From Eledone cirrhosa (taxonomy: Eukaryota), in the NCBI GenBank assembly GCA_964016885.1, contig OZ024750.1, forward strand, positions 41,416,001 to 41,480,000: DNA of 64,000 nt, read 5' to 3'. Made by a program: the position numbers and the translations under genes. Numbering within the stretch: the stretch's first letter is position 1; each line of letters begins with the position of its first letter. The notes beneath the pieces were generated by a model. It was not told where the DNA came from, did not search any database, and saw nothing but the letters and a program-made list of their open reading frames with translations. Shown one piece after another: positions 22,269 to 34,417 of the stretch.

Positions 22269-22524
22269 TATCAATGATATTAATAAATGGAAACTATATT
22301 TATAAAACCATATTTATTCTATTATATATATTTCAAGGCTACCAAAACTTTGGTATGCTCTCATCAGATAAAATACAGAGCTTGTTTATAAATATGGTTT
22401 TATAATTATAGTTTCCATTTATTAATATCATTGATATTATACTCCAGAAAACTTGTCGAGTGCTTCGAATCAGTTATAAATATATATATTTGTTGAATTA
22501 CCAACAACTTAAATATCCCTTTTG

Positions 22525-22526
<2 letters not shown>
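22269..22526. mobile_element. Fold-back Penelope-like remnant (family H1)
   Basis: Arms 22269-22317 and 22388-22436; homologous to the 14229 element. Confidence 0.65.
22315..22375 (-). ncRNA. Minimal type I hammerhead ribozyme (H1)
   Basis: TATTTTAT-CTGATGA-GAGCATACCAAAGTTTTGGTAGCCTT-GAAA-TATATA-TA-ATAGAATA. Confidence 0.7.
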
Positions 22527-22561
<35 letters not shown>

Positions 22562-22566
22562 TGTGG

Positions 22567-22605
<39 letters not shown>

Positions 22606-22606
<1 letters not shown>

Positions 22607-22934
22607 CATCATCATTTCATTTTACGTCAACTTTACCCTGCTTGCAAGGGTGGAACGGGAACTGATTCTGGCTTGATTTTTACAGCTGGATGCCCTTCCT
22701 AACACCAACCTCGTTTACAGTGAGTGGTGGGTGCTTTTTTTACCATGGCACCTCCACGACCACTTTGCAGTGGAATGATAGGGACCCCAGTCCCTAGCAT
22801 CTCATTTCTACAGCTGAGTAAACTGGAGCAATGTGAAATAAAGTGTCTTGCTCAAGGACATAATACATCACCCGGTCAGAGAATTGAACTCACAACCTTT
22901 CGATTGCAAGGCCAATGCTCTAACCACTAAGCCA
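22606..22934 (-). mobile_element. SINE family T
   Basis: Near-identical to 21625-21967. Confidence 0.8.
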
Positions 22935-22948
22935 TATATATAGTATGG

Positions 22949-23006
<58 letters not shown>

Positions 23007-23272
23007 TTCCCTTTTAGACACAGCCACAATATCTTGAAAACTGAAAACATGACTGTTTTATATTCTTTAACAAGTTTTTCTTCCTATTTTTTGTATGAGT
23101 TCGTTGTAAACAAACTGCAAGTTTCTCATAGGAAAATATGAAAAATCCTTGATAAAAAATATAGTTGGAACATAGCTGTGTTATCAATACCACATACACA
23201 CATATATATATATATATAACTGTGGCATACACCCAAACATACAGACAGACACACAAACACACACACACATAT

Positions 23273-23330
<58 letters not shown>

Positions 23331-23339
23331 TATATATAA

Positions 23340-23760
23340 ATGGGATGAGGTGATAAAAGCCGACCTTACCCAATTACACCTCTTAAAGGCAATGACACAC
23401 GACCGTGACTTCTGGCGTCACGCAGTAATACAGTGTACCCGACCTCCCATGGGTACAAGCTGAAGCATATAGACAATATCCCCCCACACCACAAGGTGGT
23501 CGTGGAGGTGCCACGGCAAAAAAGCACCCAGCCCACACTGTAAAGTGGACGTGTAGGCGCCACGAAAAAACACCCAGCACTCACTGTAAATGAGGTTGGT
23601 GTTAGGAAGGGCATCCAGCTGTAGAAATCAAGCCAGATCAGTTCCTGTATGAGCAAGGCATGGTCAGCCGACCAGTCACTGCCCACAACAGGACAACCCG
23701 TCTAACCCATGCTAGCGTGGAAGAACGGACGTAAAACGGTGATGATGATGATGATGATGT
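23340..23760 (+). mobile_element. SINE-like element with two 48-bp body units and RTE-like tail
   Basis: GGAAGGGCATCCAGCTGTAGAAA...CCCATGCTAGCGTGGAA..GGACGTAAAAC(GAT)n; the 5' boundary is uncertain. Confidence 0.65.
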
Positions 23761-23787
23761 ATATATATATATATATATATACACACA

Positions 23788-24124
23788 TGGCTTAGTGGTT
23801 AGAGCATTGGCCTTGCAATCGAAAGGTTGTGAGTTCAATTCTCAGACCGGGTGATGTGTTGTTTCCTTGAGCAAGACACTTTATTTCACATTGCTCCAGT
23901 TTACTCAGCTGTAGAAATGAGATGATAGGGACTGGGGTCCATATCATTCCACTGCAAAGTGGTCGTGGAGGTGCCACGGCAAAAAAGCACCCAGCACTCA
24001 CTGTAAATGAGGTTGGTGTTAGGAAGGGCATCCAGCTGTAGAAATCAAGCCAGAATCAGTTCCCGTCCCACCCTTGCAAGCAGGGAGAAAGCGGACGTAA
24101 AATGAAATGATGATGATGATGATG
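23788..24124 (+). mobile_element. SINE family T
   Basis: Same head, core and tail as the other family T copies. Confidence 0.8.
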
Positions 24125-24314
24125 ATATATATATATATATATAACTGTGACATACACCCAAACATACAGACAGACACACAAACACACACATATATATATA
24201 TATAAGAACTGCCTTCCAGCCTGAAGCTGAAGCATACATATTTATAGTATGCACCACCCCTGCCACACCCTCCAATACATCTCTCTTGAGGACTGGCTGT
24301 AGTATACATCCAGT

Positions 24315-25295
24315 GAAACACCCAGTCCACACTGTAAAGTGGTCATGTTGGTGTCACCACAAAAAGCATCCTGTCCACACTGTAAAGTGGTCATGTAGGT
24401 GTCACAACAAAAAGCACCCAGCCCACACTGTAAAGTGGTCATATTGGTGTCACCATAAAAAATACCCAGTCCACACTGTAAAGTGGGCGTGTAGGTGTCA
24501 CAACAAAAAGCATCCGGCGCACACTGTAAAGTGGTCGTGTAGGTGTCACAACAAAAAGCACCCAGCCCACACTGTAATGCGGTCATATTGGTGTCACCAT
24601 AAAAAACACCCAGTCCACACTGTAGTGGTCATATTGGTGTCACAACAAAAAGCACCCAGTCCACATTGTACAGTGCTCGTGTAGGTGTCACAACAAAAAG
24701 CACCCAGTCCACACTGTAAAGTGGTTGTGTAGGTGTCACAACAAAAAGCACCCAGTCCACACTGTACAGTGGTCGTGTAGGTGTCACAACAAAAAGCACC
24801 CAGTCCACACTGTAAAGTGGTTGTGTAGGTGTCACAACAAAAAGCACCCAGTCCACACTGTACAGTGGTCGTGTAGGTGTCACAACAAAAAGCACCCAGT
24901 CCACACTGTAAAGTGGTCATGTAGGTGTCACAACAAAAAGCACCCAGTCCACACTGTACAGTGGTCGTGTAGGTGTCACAACAAAAAGCACCCAGTCCAC
25001 ACTGTAAAGTGGTTGTGTAGGTGTCACAACAAAAAGCACCCAGTCCACACTTTAAAGTGGTTGTGTAGGTGTCACAACAAAAAGCACCCAGTCCACACTG
25101 TACAGTGGTCGTGTAGGTGTCACAATAAAAAGCACCCAGCCTACGCTGTAAAGTGGTCATGTAGGTGTCACAACAAAAAGCACCCAGTCCACACTGTAAA
25201 GTGGTTGTGTAGGTGTCACAACAAAAATGACCCTGTCCACACTGTAAAGTGGTCATGTAGGTGTCATGACAAAAAACACCCAGTCCCACTGTAAA
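24315..25295 (+). repeat. 48-bp minisatellite (CACCCAGTCCACACTGTAAAGTGGTCGTGTAGGTGTCACAACAAAAAG), ~20 units, inside a SINE
   Basis: The unit matches the SINE body segment; the array runs directly into a SINE tail at 25295-25457. Confidence 0.92.
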
Positions 25296-25492
25296 TGTGG
25301 TTGGCATCAGGAAGGGCATCCAGCAAAGAAACCAAGCCAGAAACAGTTGTGTGAGCAAGACACAGTCACGTGGCCCAACTTGGTTCGAACGGAACAACCT
25401 GTCTAACCCATGCTAGCGTGGAAAAATCTACGTTAAACAGGGATGATGATGATGATATATATAACATAGACACCCACCTATGCATATATATA

Positions 25493-25539
<47 letters not shown>

Positions 25540-25778
25540 GTGGTTTGTTTGAAACATAGAATATATTGAAAATAGTTTGTTATAAAAGTCTCTAACAATT
25601 CAGATCAAACAATAAATATTAATGATATCAATAACAAAGACTCTGAAATGTTACCTAAGAAATATTTAATGGTTCCTTACATTTTGGATAAAATGTCCCT
25701 TTTCAAAGCTGTTAAAAGAACTCAAGAAAGATGTATATCTATTAAGGTGGCATGTTGACTATATTACAATAGATTTGG

Positions 25779-26210
25779 CAAAGTCAAGCTAATAGATAAG
25801 GGAACAACACTGGAAGATAAGAAATTTGAAATAGGAAACCCTTAACCCTTGTGGTACAAAGTCAAGCTAATAGATAAGGGAACAACACTGGAAGATAAGA
25901 CATTTGAAATAGGAAACCCTTAACCCTTGTGGTACAAAGTCAAGCTAATAGATAGGGACAACATTGGAAGATAAGACATTTGAAATTGGAAACCCTTAAC
26001 CCTTGTGGTACAAAGTCAAGCTAATAAATAGGGACAACATTGGAAGATAAGACATTTGAAATAGGGAACCCTTAACCCTTGTGGTACAAAGTCAAGCTAA
26101 TAGATAAGGGAACAACATTGGAAGATAAGACATTTGAAATAGGAAACCCTTAACCCTTGTGGTACAAAGTCAAGCTAATAGATAAGGCAACAACCATTAA
26201 AAATAAGACA
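25779..26210. repeat. ~78-bp tandem repeat, ~5.5 copies
   Basis: CAAAGTCAAGCTAATAGATAAGGGAACAAC..GAAACCCTTAACCCTTGTGGTA recurs at 25779, 25857 and onward. Confidence 0.92.
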
Positions 26211-26426
26211 ATTTACTGAATCAGTCCAAATACCTGGCTGTGATCACCTCCTCTGTTGGAAAGGTATAAATATAAACATTTGTCAGATGATAGTGTGTGT
26301 ATGGAGGTGAAACTCCAGAGTAAAACGACTCACGACTTAGCTATAATAAATCAATATTTTAACTCTACTTCAGTATTGAGTATTCTTTTCACTTCTCATC
26401 CGTCAACCATACCTACATCATACCTA

Positions 26427-26627
26427 CATCATCATCATCATCATCGTTTAATGTCTATCTTCTACGCTAGCATGGGTTTAGACGGGAATTGTCCCACTTG
26501 AGGCAAGATTGGTCGGGTGACAATGTCTTGCTCGTAAAGGACTGTCTGGCAGGTTTTCTACGGCTGGGTGCCCTTCCTAACACCAACCACGTTTACAGTG
26601 TGGACTGGGAGGTTTTTACCATGTTAC
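26427..26627 (-). mobile_element. SINE 3' fragment with RTE-like tail
   Basis: Reverse complement of the GGAAGGGCA..CCCATGCTAGCG..(GAT)n tail. Confidence 0.7.
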
Positions 26628-26649
26628 CTATATATATATGATGATGATG

Positions 26650-26688
<39 letters not shown>

Positions 26689-26794
26689 TTATGGGTTCAA
26701 TTGGGGGTAAACACAGTAAGGTACTCAATACATTAGTAAAGTATATACAATATTTAATATAGAAATGGCTTCTACAGGACTTTCCTAATGATTT

Positions 26795-26848
<54 letters not shown>

Positions 26849-26849
26849 T

Positions 26850-27203
26850 TGAGGGCGGCTGACCTGGCTAGAAGCTGCTAAATGTTCGGCTGCCATCCTG
26901 TCTCTGTTTTTCAGCCCCATGGATTTTGTCTATTATATTCCTTTGTTAAATTTTCGAATACCTGATGATGTCACCGGATTCATACTGAACCCGGTCACTG
27001 AACTGATCATAGTATAATAAACCTTACAAGGAAGTACACCAGTCCAGCCTCCTGTTATTTTATAATAATTAACTCCGTACTCGCACCACCAACAACACAA
27101 ACGAAGACGGGTGAGTTGCATTACGTCGAGTGCTCTCCCTAATATTACATCGAGGTTGACCATACGGAATGGCCAGTTCTATCCAGTGGTGAACCAACAA
27201 ACC

Positions 27204-27206
<3 letters not shown>
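26850..27206 (+). mobile_element. Penelope-like terminal remnant with a degenerate hammerhead at 26958-27015
   Basis: ATAC-CTGATGA-TGTCACCGG..CCGGTCACT-GAACTGATCA-TA-GTAT. Flanked by (TA)n; the 3' part is homologous to 31292-31490 (opposite strand). Confidence 0.5.
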
Positions 27207-27241
<35 letters not shown>

Positions 27242-27905
27242 CATGCATACATACATATATATACACATGTATATATATATGAAAGCTGCAAGTGGAGAGA
27301 TGCTGTGCTAAGAAAGACTTGTCCAACCCATGCTAGCCTGGAAAAACTGATATAAAAACGATGCTGGTGATGAGGAGTATGATGATGATGATATATATCA
27401 GAAGATCCCGTTAAGGGTGAAAGCAGCGATTCTTTGCTTAAACTTTAATCTGTTATTTTAATAAATATTTGCTCTACGGTTCTTATATATCTGATATATA
27501 TTTATCCTTATCGAGCCCTCTTTGGATTTTAGTCTTCAAATTTATTATTATTACTATATATATATATATATACATATATCCAGTTTGCTTCTTTGCAATA
27601 ATTTATTTATTTATCAAATTTTATTTTTTTTTTTTTGTTGAGACAAACATTTTGATTCAAATTATATTTTATTATTTATATTTTTTTTATTTTGCATCTT
27701 TTATATTTTTAACAGATTTTTTGTTTGTTTTTCGTGTTTGTTTTCTGTTGGTTTTCTTCTTGATTTTTCCGGTTCTTATATTCTGACATTTAGAATTAAT
27801 AAATCTGAGATGTTTTCAGAAATCAAAATCTGTTTTTGAATTGAAAATTTGATCAGAAAACTAAATAAAAGAAATGAGAATTTTGTCTAAATTAAAGTTT
27901 TCATT

Positions 27906-28252
27906 ATGAAAGGCAAAGTCAACCCGCCGAGGTTGACTTTGCCTTTCATCCTTACGGGGTCGATAAAATAAAATACCAGTAATGCACTCGGTAATTGCTG
28001 GCCTTGTCCCTAAAGTAGAAACAATTATTACTAGGGACGGTAGATTGGCAGTATCGGTAGAGCGTCGGACACCATGCTTTGTAGCATAGAGTTACGGCCC
28101 TTTACAGTTTGAATTCAAACACCCCCGAGGTTATCTTTGCCTTTTATCTTTATGAGGTTGATAAAATAAAGTACCAGTAATACACTGGAATCAATTTAAA
28201 GTGACTTTCTCCTCCCCAAAATTGCTGGCCTTGTGCCTAAATCAGAAACCAT
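27906..28252 (+). mobile_element. Two adjacent family N SINEs; the first is 5'-truncated with an inverted 5' segment
   Basis: Core GCCTTTCATCCTTACGGGGTCGATAAAA; 27906-27924 is the reverse complement of 27931-27949. Confidence 0.75.
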
Positions 28253-28414
28253 TGTTGTTATGATTATTTTAAATTCTTATTAAATTCAAGATTTCCATCT
28301 CAGATATAAAATGGTCCCGGTTTTTAGTAAACAAAATAGGTTCCCCTGTCTAACACAGGAAAAATCACTGCTGGGCATATGCTATCTGAACTGATGAAGT
28401 GTTTTATATGTGTA

Positions 28415-28455
<41 letters not shown>

Positions 28456-28479
28456 TTGCCTATGTACAATGCGAAACCT

Positions 28480-28835
28480 ACAGTCAGTAGGCACCTCTTA
28501 ACCAAATATACACCCCAATCTACTACCCCTACCCTATCCTCCCACTCCCACCAACAGCACGAGAAAATGAGATCGAGTTCGTGTAGGTGTCACGACAAAA
28601 AAATACACACAGTCCACGCTGTAATGTGGCCGTGTAGGTAACACGGTAAAAAGTTCCCAGTTCCACACTGTAAATGTGGTTGGTGTTAGGAAGGGCATCC
28701 AGCCGTAGAAAACCTGCCAGATAGTGCTATATGAGCGAGATACGGTCACCCGACCAACCTTGCCTCAAGTGGGATAACTCCCGTCTAACCCATGCTAGCG
28801 TGGAAAACGGACGTTAAACGAAGATGATGATGATA
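28480..28835 (+). mobile_element. SINE-like element with RTE-like tail
   Basis: 48-bp body units plus shared tail; homologous to 33010-33378 and 38320-38571. Confidence 0.7.
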
Positions 28836-29417
28836 TGTGTATATATATATATATATACATATACATATACAAATATATATATATATAATATATATGAAAA
28901 TAGGGAGAAAAAGATGATTATTATGAAGAAAAATATTTTTTTCCTTTTATTTTTTCTCTTTTTTCTGGGTTAGAAAATGTTTAAAACAAAATATTTTACT
29001 TTGTGTGAAGTGTTAAGATTTTAGTTAATTTATTTATTTACTTATTTATACATTTAATAATTGTCTATTACCGGTTTATATATATATACAGAAAGGGACA
29101 CAGCAGTCAACCTGTTGTTGCTACCTAGATGAAAACTACTATGAAATCCCACAATAAATTTTATACTTGAATTTTCAAATCTCAAATTTTAACTCTTCGT
29201 ATTATTAATTTTTCTTAATATTAATCAACATTTGAAAAGATGGCTTTTGCAGACCCATCGAAACCGGTCATTTTTTATACCCTTTATTATTTCCTTACCT
29301 TATAAAATTATATATTTTTTCACAAAAAAGTATTCTGTCTCTTATATATTCCATGTGCCATTACCAACCTCAATTTTCTCTATAACCTTCGTTTTGTGTA
29401 GAAAATTACACTTTTCA

Positions 29418-29473
<56 letters not shown>

Positions 29474-29514
29474 TATAAATATATATATATAAAAAAAAAA
29501 AAAAAAAAAAAAAA

Positions 29515-29732
29515 CTCCATGCTGTAAAGTGGTTGTGTAGGTAACACGGTAAAAAGCACCCAGCACTCACTGTAAATGTGGTTGGTGTTAGGAAGGGCAT
29601 CCAGCCGTAGAAAACCTGGCAGGCAGTGCTATACGATCGAGACACGGTCATTCGACCAATCTTGCCTCAATTGGGACAATTCCCGTCTATTCCATGCTAG
29701 CATGGAAGATAGACGTTAAACGATGATGATGT
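29515..29732 (+). mobile_element. SINE 3' fragment
   Basis: Shared body and tail. Confidence 0.7.
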
Positions 29733-29947
29733 TATTGGATAACTGAATTCTATTACCAGAATATCCCCTAATCCCAAGGATGCCCTTAGGATGTGAAATT
29801 TAAATGAACATTGTACTAAACTAAGCTTAATATTAGATATATACTCTTTATAGGTAAGTTTTCTATAAATACTCCCCACACATGCCAAAATTAAATATAT
29901 GAGTGATACATGGTCATCAGATGTTTGTAAAACAAATAGTACGTGTG

Positions 29948-30563
<616 letters not shown>

Positions 30564-30849
30564 TATATATATATTTATATACACATATATATATATATAC
30601 ACATATATATATATATATAGTTGTTACCAGGCATTTGCCCAATAGAGGTCTGTTATTTTTCTTGACAAACCATATTGCTGTAGTTAGTATTTTTTCACCC
30701 TAGCAAAACTAGTCCTTATGATTCAAACACATGTATGTTTATATTAGTGTTCATCTCTCTTGTTTATTCATCTATATTACACAGCTCGGAAAGGTTTTTT
30801 TCTTAGAACTATTTAATTGTAAGAGACTACTCTGAGTTTCTAACTCACT

Positions 30850-30990
30850 ATCATCATCATCATCATTTTACGTCCGCTTTTCCCTGCTTGCAAGGGTGGG
30901 ACGGGTCTTATTCAGCACAGCATCTCTCCACTCGTCACGGTCCTTCGTCATCTCCACCGTGAGCTTCAATGATCTGAGGTCTGTTCTCAC

Positions 30991-30993
<3 letters not shown>
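30850..30993 (-). mobile_element. RTE-clade LINE 3' end fragment
   Basis: Encodes VVRTDLRSLKLTVEMTKDRDEWR, followed by the tail CCCACCCTTGCAAGCAGGGAAAAGCGGACGTAAAA(TGA)n. Confidence 0.75.
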
Positions 30994-31025
<32 letters not shown>

Positions 31026-31058
31026 GGATATTTTCGAAACTGCGATTTGGTTTGAAAT

Positions 31059-31271
31059 TATTAGAAATGTAAGTTATCGCCGTATTTTGACTAAAGAAAT
31101 TAAAGAAATTATTTAGCCTGATAGTGGATAACCAAAGATGTGGGTTCAACTCCCATGTACGTCAATACTCATCTTTTTCCATTTCTCCGAGGGTTCTTAA
31201 CCCCACTATCAGGCTAAATAATTTCTATAATTTCTTTAGTCAAAATACGGCGATAGCTTACATTTCTAATA
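31059..31271. repeat. Fold-back element, ~68-bp arms, spacer with a tRNA B-box-like motif
   Basis: 31059-31127 versus 31203-31271; GGGTTCAACTCCC in the spacer. Confidence 0.8.
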
Positions 31272-31291
31272 TATATATATATATATATATT

Positions 31292-31540
31292 CATTTAAGT
31301 TTAGTGGTTCCATACTGGATAGAACTGGTCATTCCGTATTGTCAACCATGATGTAATATTATGAAAAACACTCTACATTACGCAGCTCATCCATCTTTGA
31401 TGTTGAATCCTGTTGGTGGTGGAGGAATGGAGTTAATTATTACTGAGTAAAATGATAGGAGGCTGGACTGGTGAAATTCCTTCAAAGTTTAAATAAATCT
31501 TTGAAGGAATTTCACTAGTCCGGTCTCCAATCATTTTAGT

Positions 31541-31541
<1 letters not shown>
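31292..31541 (-). mobile_element. Fold-back remnant related to the 26850-27206 element
   Basis: Homology to 27030-27206; inverted arms ~31448-31487 and 31499-31539. Confidence 0.6.
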
Positions 31542-31579
<38 letters not shown>

Positions 31580-31711
31580 TGCAAAAGTTCTATTTAAAAT
31601 TGTTGGGATACAACAAGTAAATATTTTTATAACTGATATAAAGCACTCGACAAGTATTTGGAGTAGATATACGATATTAATAAATGGAAACTATATTTAT
31701 AAAACCATATC

Positions 31712-31776
31712 TATTTCATTATACATATTTCAGGGATACCAAATTAAATTATGGTATGCCTTCATCAGACAAAATA
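31712..31776 (-). ncRNA. Minimal type I hammerhead ribozyme (H1), inverted copy
   Basis: Reverse complement of 31943-32007. Confidence 0.72.
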
Positions 31777-31942
31777 CAATATATAACAGTTTTACAAATA
31801 AGCTTTGACGTACCCTATTAAAATGCAACCATTGTTTTTGGAAGTCATCCGGATAGTCCGGATAGTCCGGATGACTTCCAAAAACAATGGTTGCATTTTA
31901 ATAGGGTACGTCAAAGCTTATTTGTAAAACTGTTATATATTG

Positions 31943-32007
31943 TATTTTGTCTGATGAAGGCATACCATAATTTAATTTGGTATCCCTGAAATATGTATAA
32001 TGAAATA
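31943..32007 (+). ncRNA. Minimal type I hammerhead ribozyme (H1)
   Basis: TATTTTGT-CTGATGA-AGGCATACCA..TGGTATCCCT-GAAA-TATGTA-TA-ATGAAATA. Confidence 0.72.
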
Positions 32008-32046
32008 GATATGGTTTTATAAATATAGTTTCCATTTATTAATATC

Positions 32047-32084
<38 letters not shown>

Positions 32085-32088
<4 letters not shown>

Positions 32089-32240
32089 TAAAATAACAGA
32101 TTAAAGTTTAAACTTTAATCTGTTATTTTAATAATTATTTGCTCTAGGGTTCTTATATATTTGATATATATTTGATATATATTTTTCCTTATCGAGCCCT
32201 CTTTGGATTTTAGTCTTCAAATTTATTATTATTACCATAT
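32085..32240 (+). repeat. Short element beginning with a perfect 50-bp palindrome (32085-32134)
   Basis: Same family as 13184 and 27431. Confidence 0.7.
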
Positions 32241-32317
32241 ATAAATATATATATATATATCCCATGTATGATGATACCAATCACTGGGTTTATAAGCCCC
32301 ATTATTAGACTACATTT

Positions 32318-32500
32318 GGTGGATTGGAGGTATCGTTAGAGGGTCGGACGCCATGCTTTCCAGCATAGTTACGTCCCTTTACGATCTGAGTTCAAATCCC
32401 ACCGAGGTTGACTTTGCCTTTCATCCTTACGGGGTCGATAAAATAAAGTACCAGTAATGCACTGGATAATTGCTGGCCTTGTGCCTAAAGTAGAAACAAT
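32318..32500 (+). mobile_element. SINE family N
   Basis: Near-identical to 14901-15088. Confidence 0.78.
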
Positions 32501-32769
32501 TATTAGACTACATTAGTTAGTCAATTTTATGGTGAAGCCTCTATCTCTATTTCTATTTCATTTCTAAAACTTTGTTCGCCATGTTCCAAACATATTTCCT
32601 TGTGTGATATGCAGAAAAGGAGTAGGCAGAAACTCTATATGATGTACACAAGAGGTGTAGTGGGATAGGAGGCAAACTAAGATAAAAAGAAGACATCATA
32701 TTAATACATGTATAGGGGTAATAGATAGGAACAGCATCAGTGATATAAACCTTTTCCAATCTTATGAAG

Positions 32770-33780
32770 GATCCATAGAAGTGGTTGATAGCTGCTGCTT
32801 CCAAGATGATCTAATTAGCAATGGAGGAAGGTGCTCCGAGAGTATAATAGCTAGAATAAGGATAGGATGGAAGAAGTTTAGAGAGCTGCTCCCTCTGTAG
32901 ACAACAAAAGGTTTCTCGCTATGTACGAAAAGATGGCTGTATGACATCTGTGCACGAAGTACGGTATTGTATGGTAGTGAAACATTGGCAGTGAATAAAG
33001 AGGACATACCAGTAGGCATCTCTACCAAAATACACCCCCCGTCCCACCACCCCCACCCCATCCACACCGCCCCTTTCAATGTAAAGTTATGTTGGTGCCA
33101 CAACATCCAGGCCGAAACAAATGAGATCGTGTAGGTGTCACGACAAAAAAAACACACAGTCCACGCTGTAATGTGGCCGTGTAGGCAACACGGTAAAAAC
33201 CTCCCAGTCCCACACTGTAAATGTGGTTGGTGTTAGGAAGGGCATCCAGCTGTAGAAAACCCGCCAGACAGTCCTATGCGAGCAATGACAACCACTCTTG
33301 CCTCAAGTGGGAAAACCCCCGTCCAAACCCATGCAAGCGTGGAACATGGACGTTAAACGATGATGATGATGATGATGATATGTAGGCTGGAGAGAAATGA
33401 AGCAACCATGCTTCGTTGGATATGTAATGTAAATGTGAGAGAAAGGCAGAGCTGGGATGAACTGGGGAAGAAACTGGGTTTAAGAGGAATCTGAAGCTGT
33501 GTGGAAGAAAGATGACTGCATTGGTACAGACATGTGATGTGTATGGATAATGATCGCTGGGTGAAGACATGCCAGGAAATCCCAGTGGAAGGAAGCTGCA
33601 GTAAAAGTAGACCAAGGAAGATCTGGGCAGAGGTGGTAACAGCTGACCTGAAATCATTGAAACTCACAGCAGAAGAGACGATAAAAGAATGTAACAAGTG
33701 GAGATATAGCTGTAGAGAGAAGGACCAGTCCAACCCATGCAAGCCTGGAGAATGGATGTAAAAACAATGATGATGATGAT
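32770..33780 (+). mobile_element. Degenerate RTE-clade LINE 3' fragment interrupted by a SINE (33010-33378)
   Basis: Translates to ARIRIGWKKFRELLP..VLYGSETLA, then after the SINE RLERNEATMLRWIC..SRPRKIW; ends in (GAT)n; contains stop codons. Confidence 0.8.
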
Positions 33781-34004
33781 ATTACTTATGGGAACTATGA
33801 GTAAACCCATTTTCAAATGGAAACTAAAACAAGTAAAATAAATTTAATTCTGACATCTTTAGGTTTATTTTAAAGAGTTGGTCTGTTGAAAATAATAATT
33901 ACAATTTTCTAGCAAATGTACTGGTTCGTTGCACAGTAGTAGCAGAAAGAGGGAGATTGTGGCAACAGTTTCTCATGTTAAACTTTAGGAAAAAGGTTTT
34001 ATAT

Positions 34005-34038
<34 letters not shown>

Positions 34039-34057
34039 TATATTATGTGTATGTATA

Positions 34058-34296
34058 TAGGTTATTAGACTATCATCATCTGGCTGTGTATACCTAGGTT
34101 ATTAGACTGTCTGTCATCTAGTGGCTGTGTATACCTAGGTTATTAAACTGTCTGTCATCATTTGGCTGTGTATACCTAGGTTATTAGACTGTCATCATCT
34201 GGCTGTGTATACCTAGGTTATTAGACTGTCATCATCTGGCTGTGTATACCTAGGTTATTAGAATGTCTGTCATCTGGCTGTGTATACCTAGGTTAT
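34058..34296. repeat. ~37-42-bp tandem repeat (GGTTATTAGACTGTCATCATCTGGCTGTGTATACCTA), ~6 copies
   Basis: Direct inspection. Confidence 0.9.
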
Positions 34297-34368
34297 ATAA
34301 ATATTATATATATATATATATGTGTGTGTGTGTATATATATGTGTATGTATATATGTATGTATGTGTG

Positions 34369-34417
<49 letters not shown>

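Larger units (their letters stand above)
31581..32052 (-). mobile_element. Penelope-like terminal remnant (family H1) forming a ~385-bp palindrome
   Basis: Arms ~31667-31853 and 31866-32052; the centre has tccggatag repeats; (TA)n on both sides. Confidence 0.8.

Noticed and set aside
23788-23860. tRNA-Cys-like gene (and similar heads at ~21900, ~22870, ~30240, ~45860)
   Set aside because: No proper acceptor stem or terminator; each is the head of a repeated SINE.
24242-25397. Cys-rich repeat proteins (CCDTYTTTLQCGLGAF / CRCHNKKHPVHTVKWS)
   Set aside because: Translation of the SINE-derived 48-bp minisatellite, open on both strands.
27399-27432. Hammerhead-like CAGAAGA-TCCCGTTAAGGGT-GAAA
   Set aside because: The core is mutated, stem I is missing and there is no clear cleavage triplet; at most a truncated relic.
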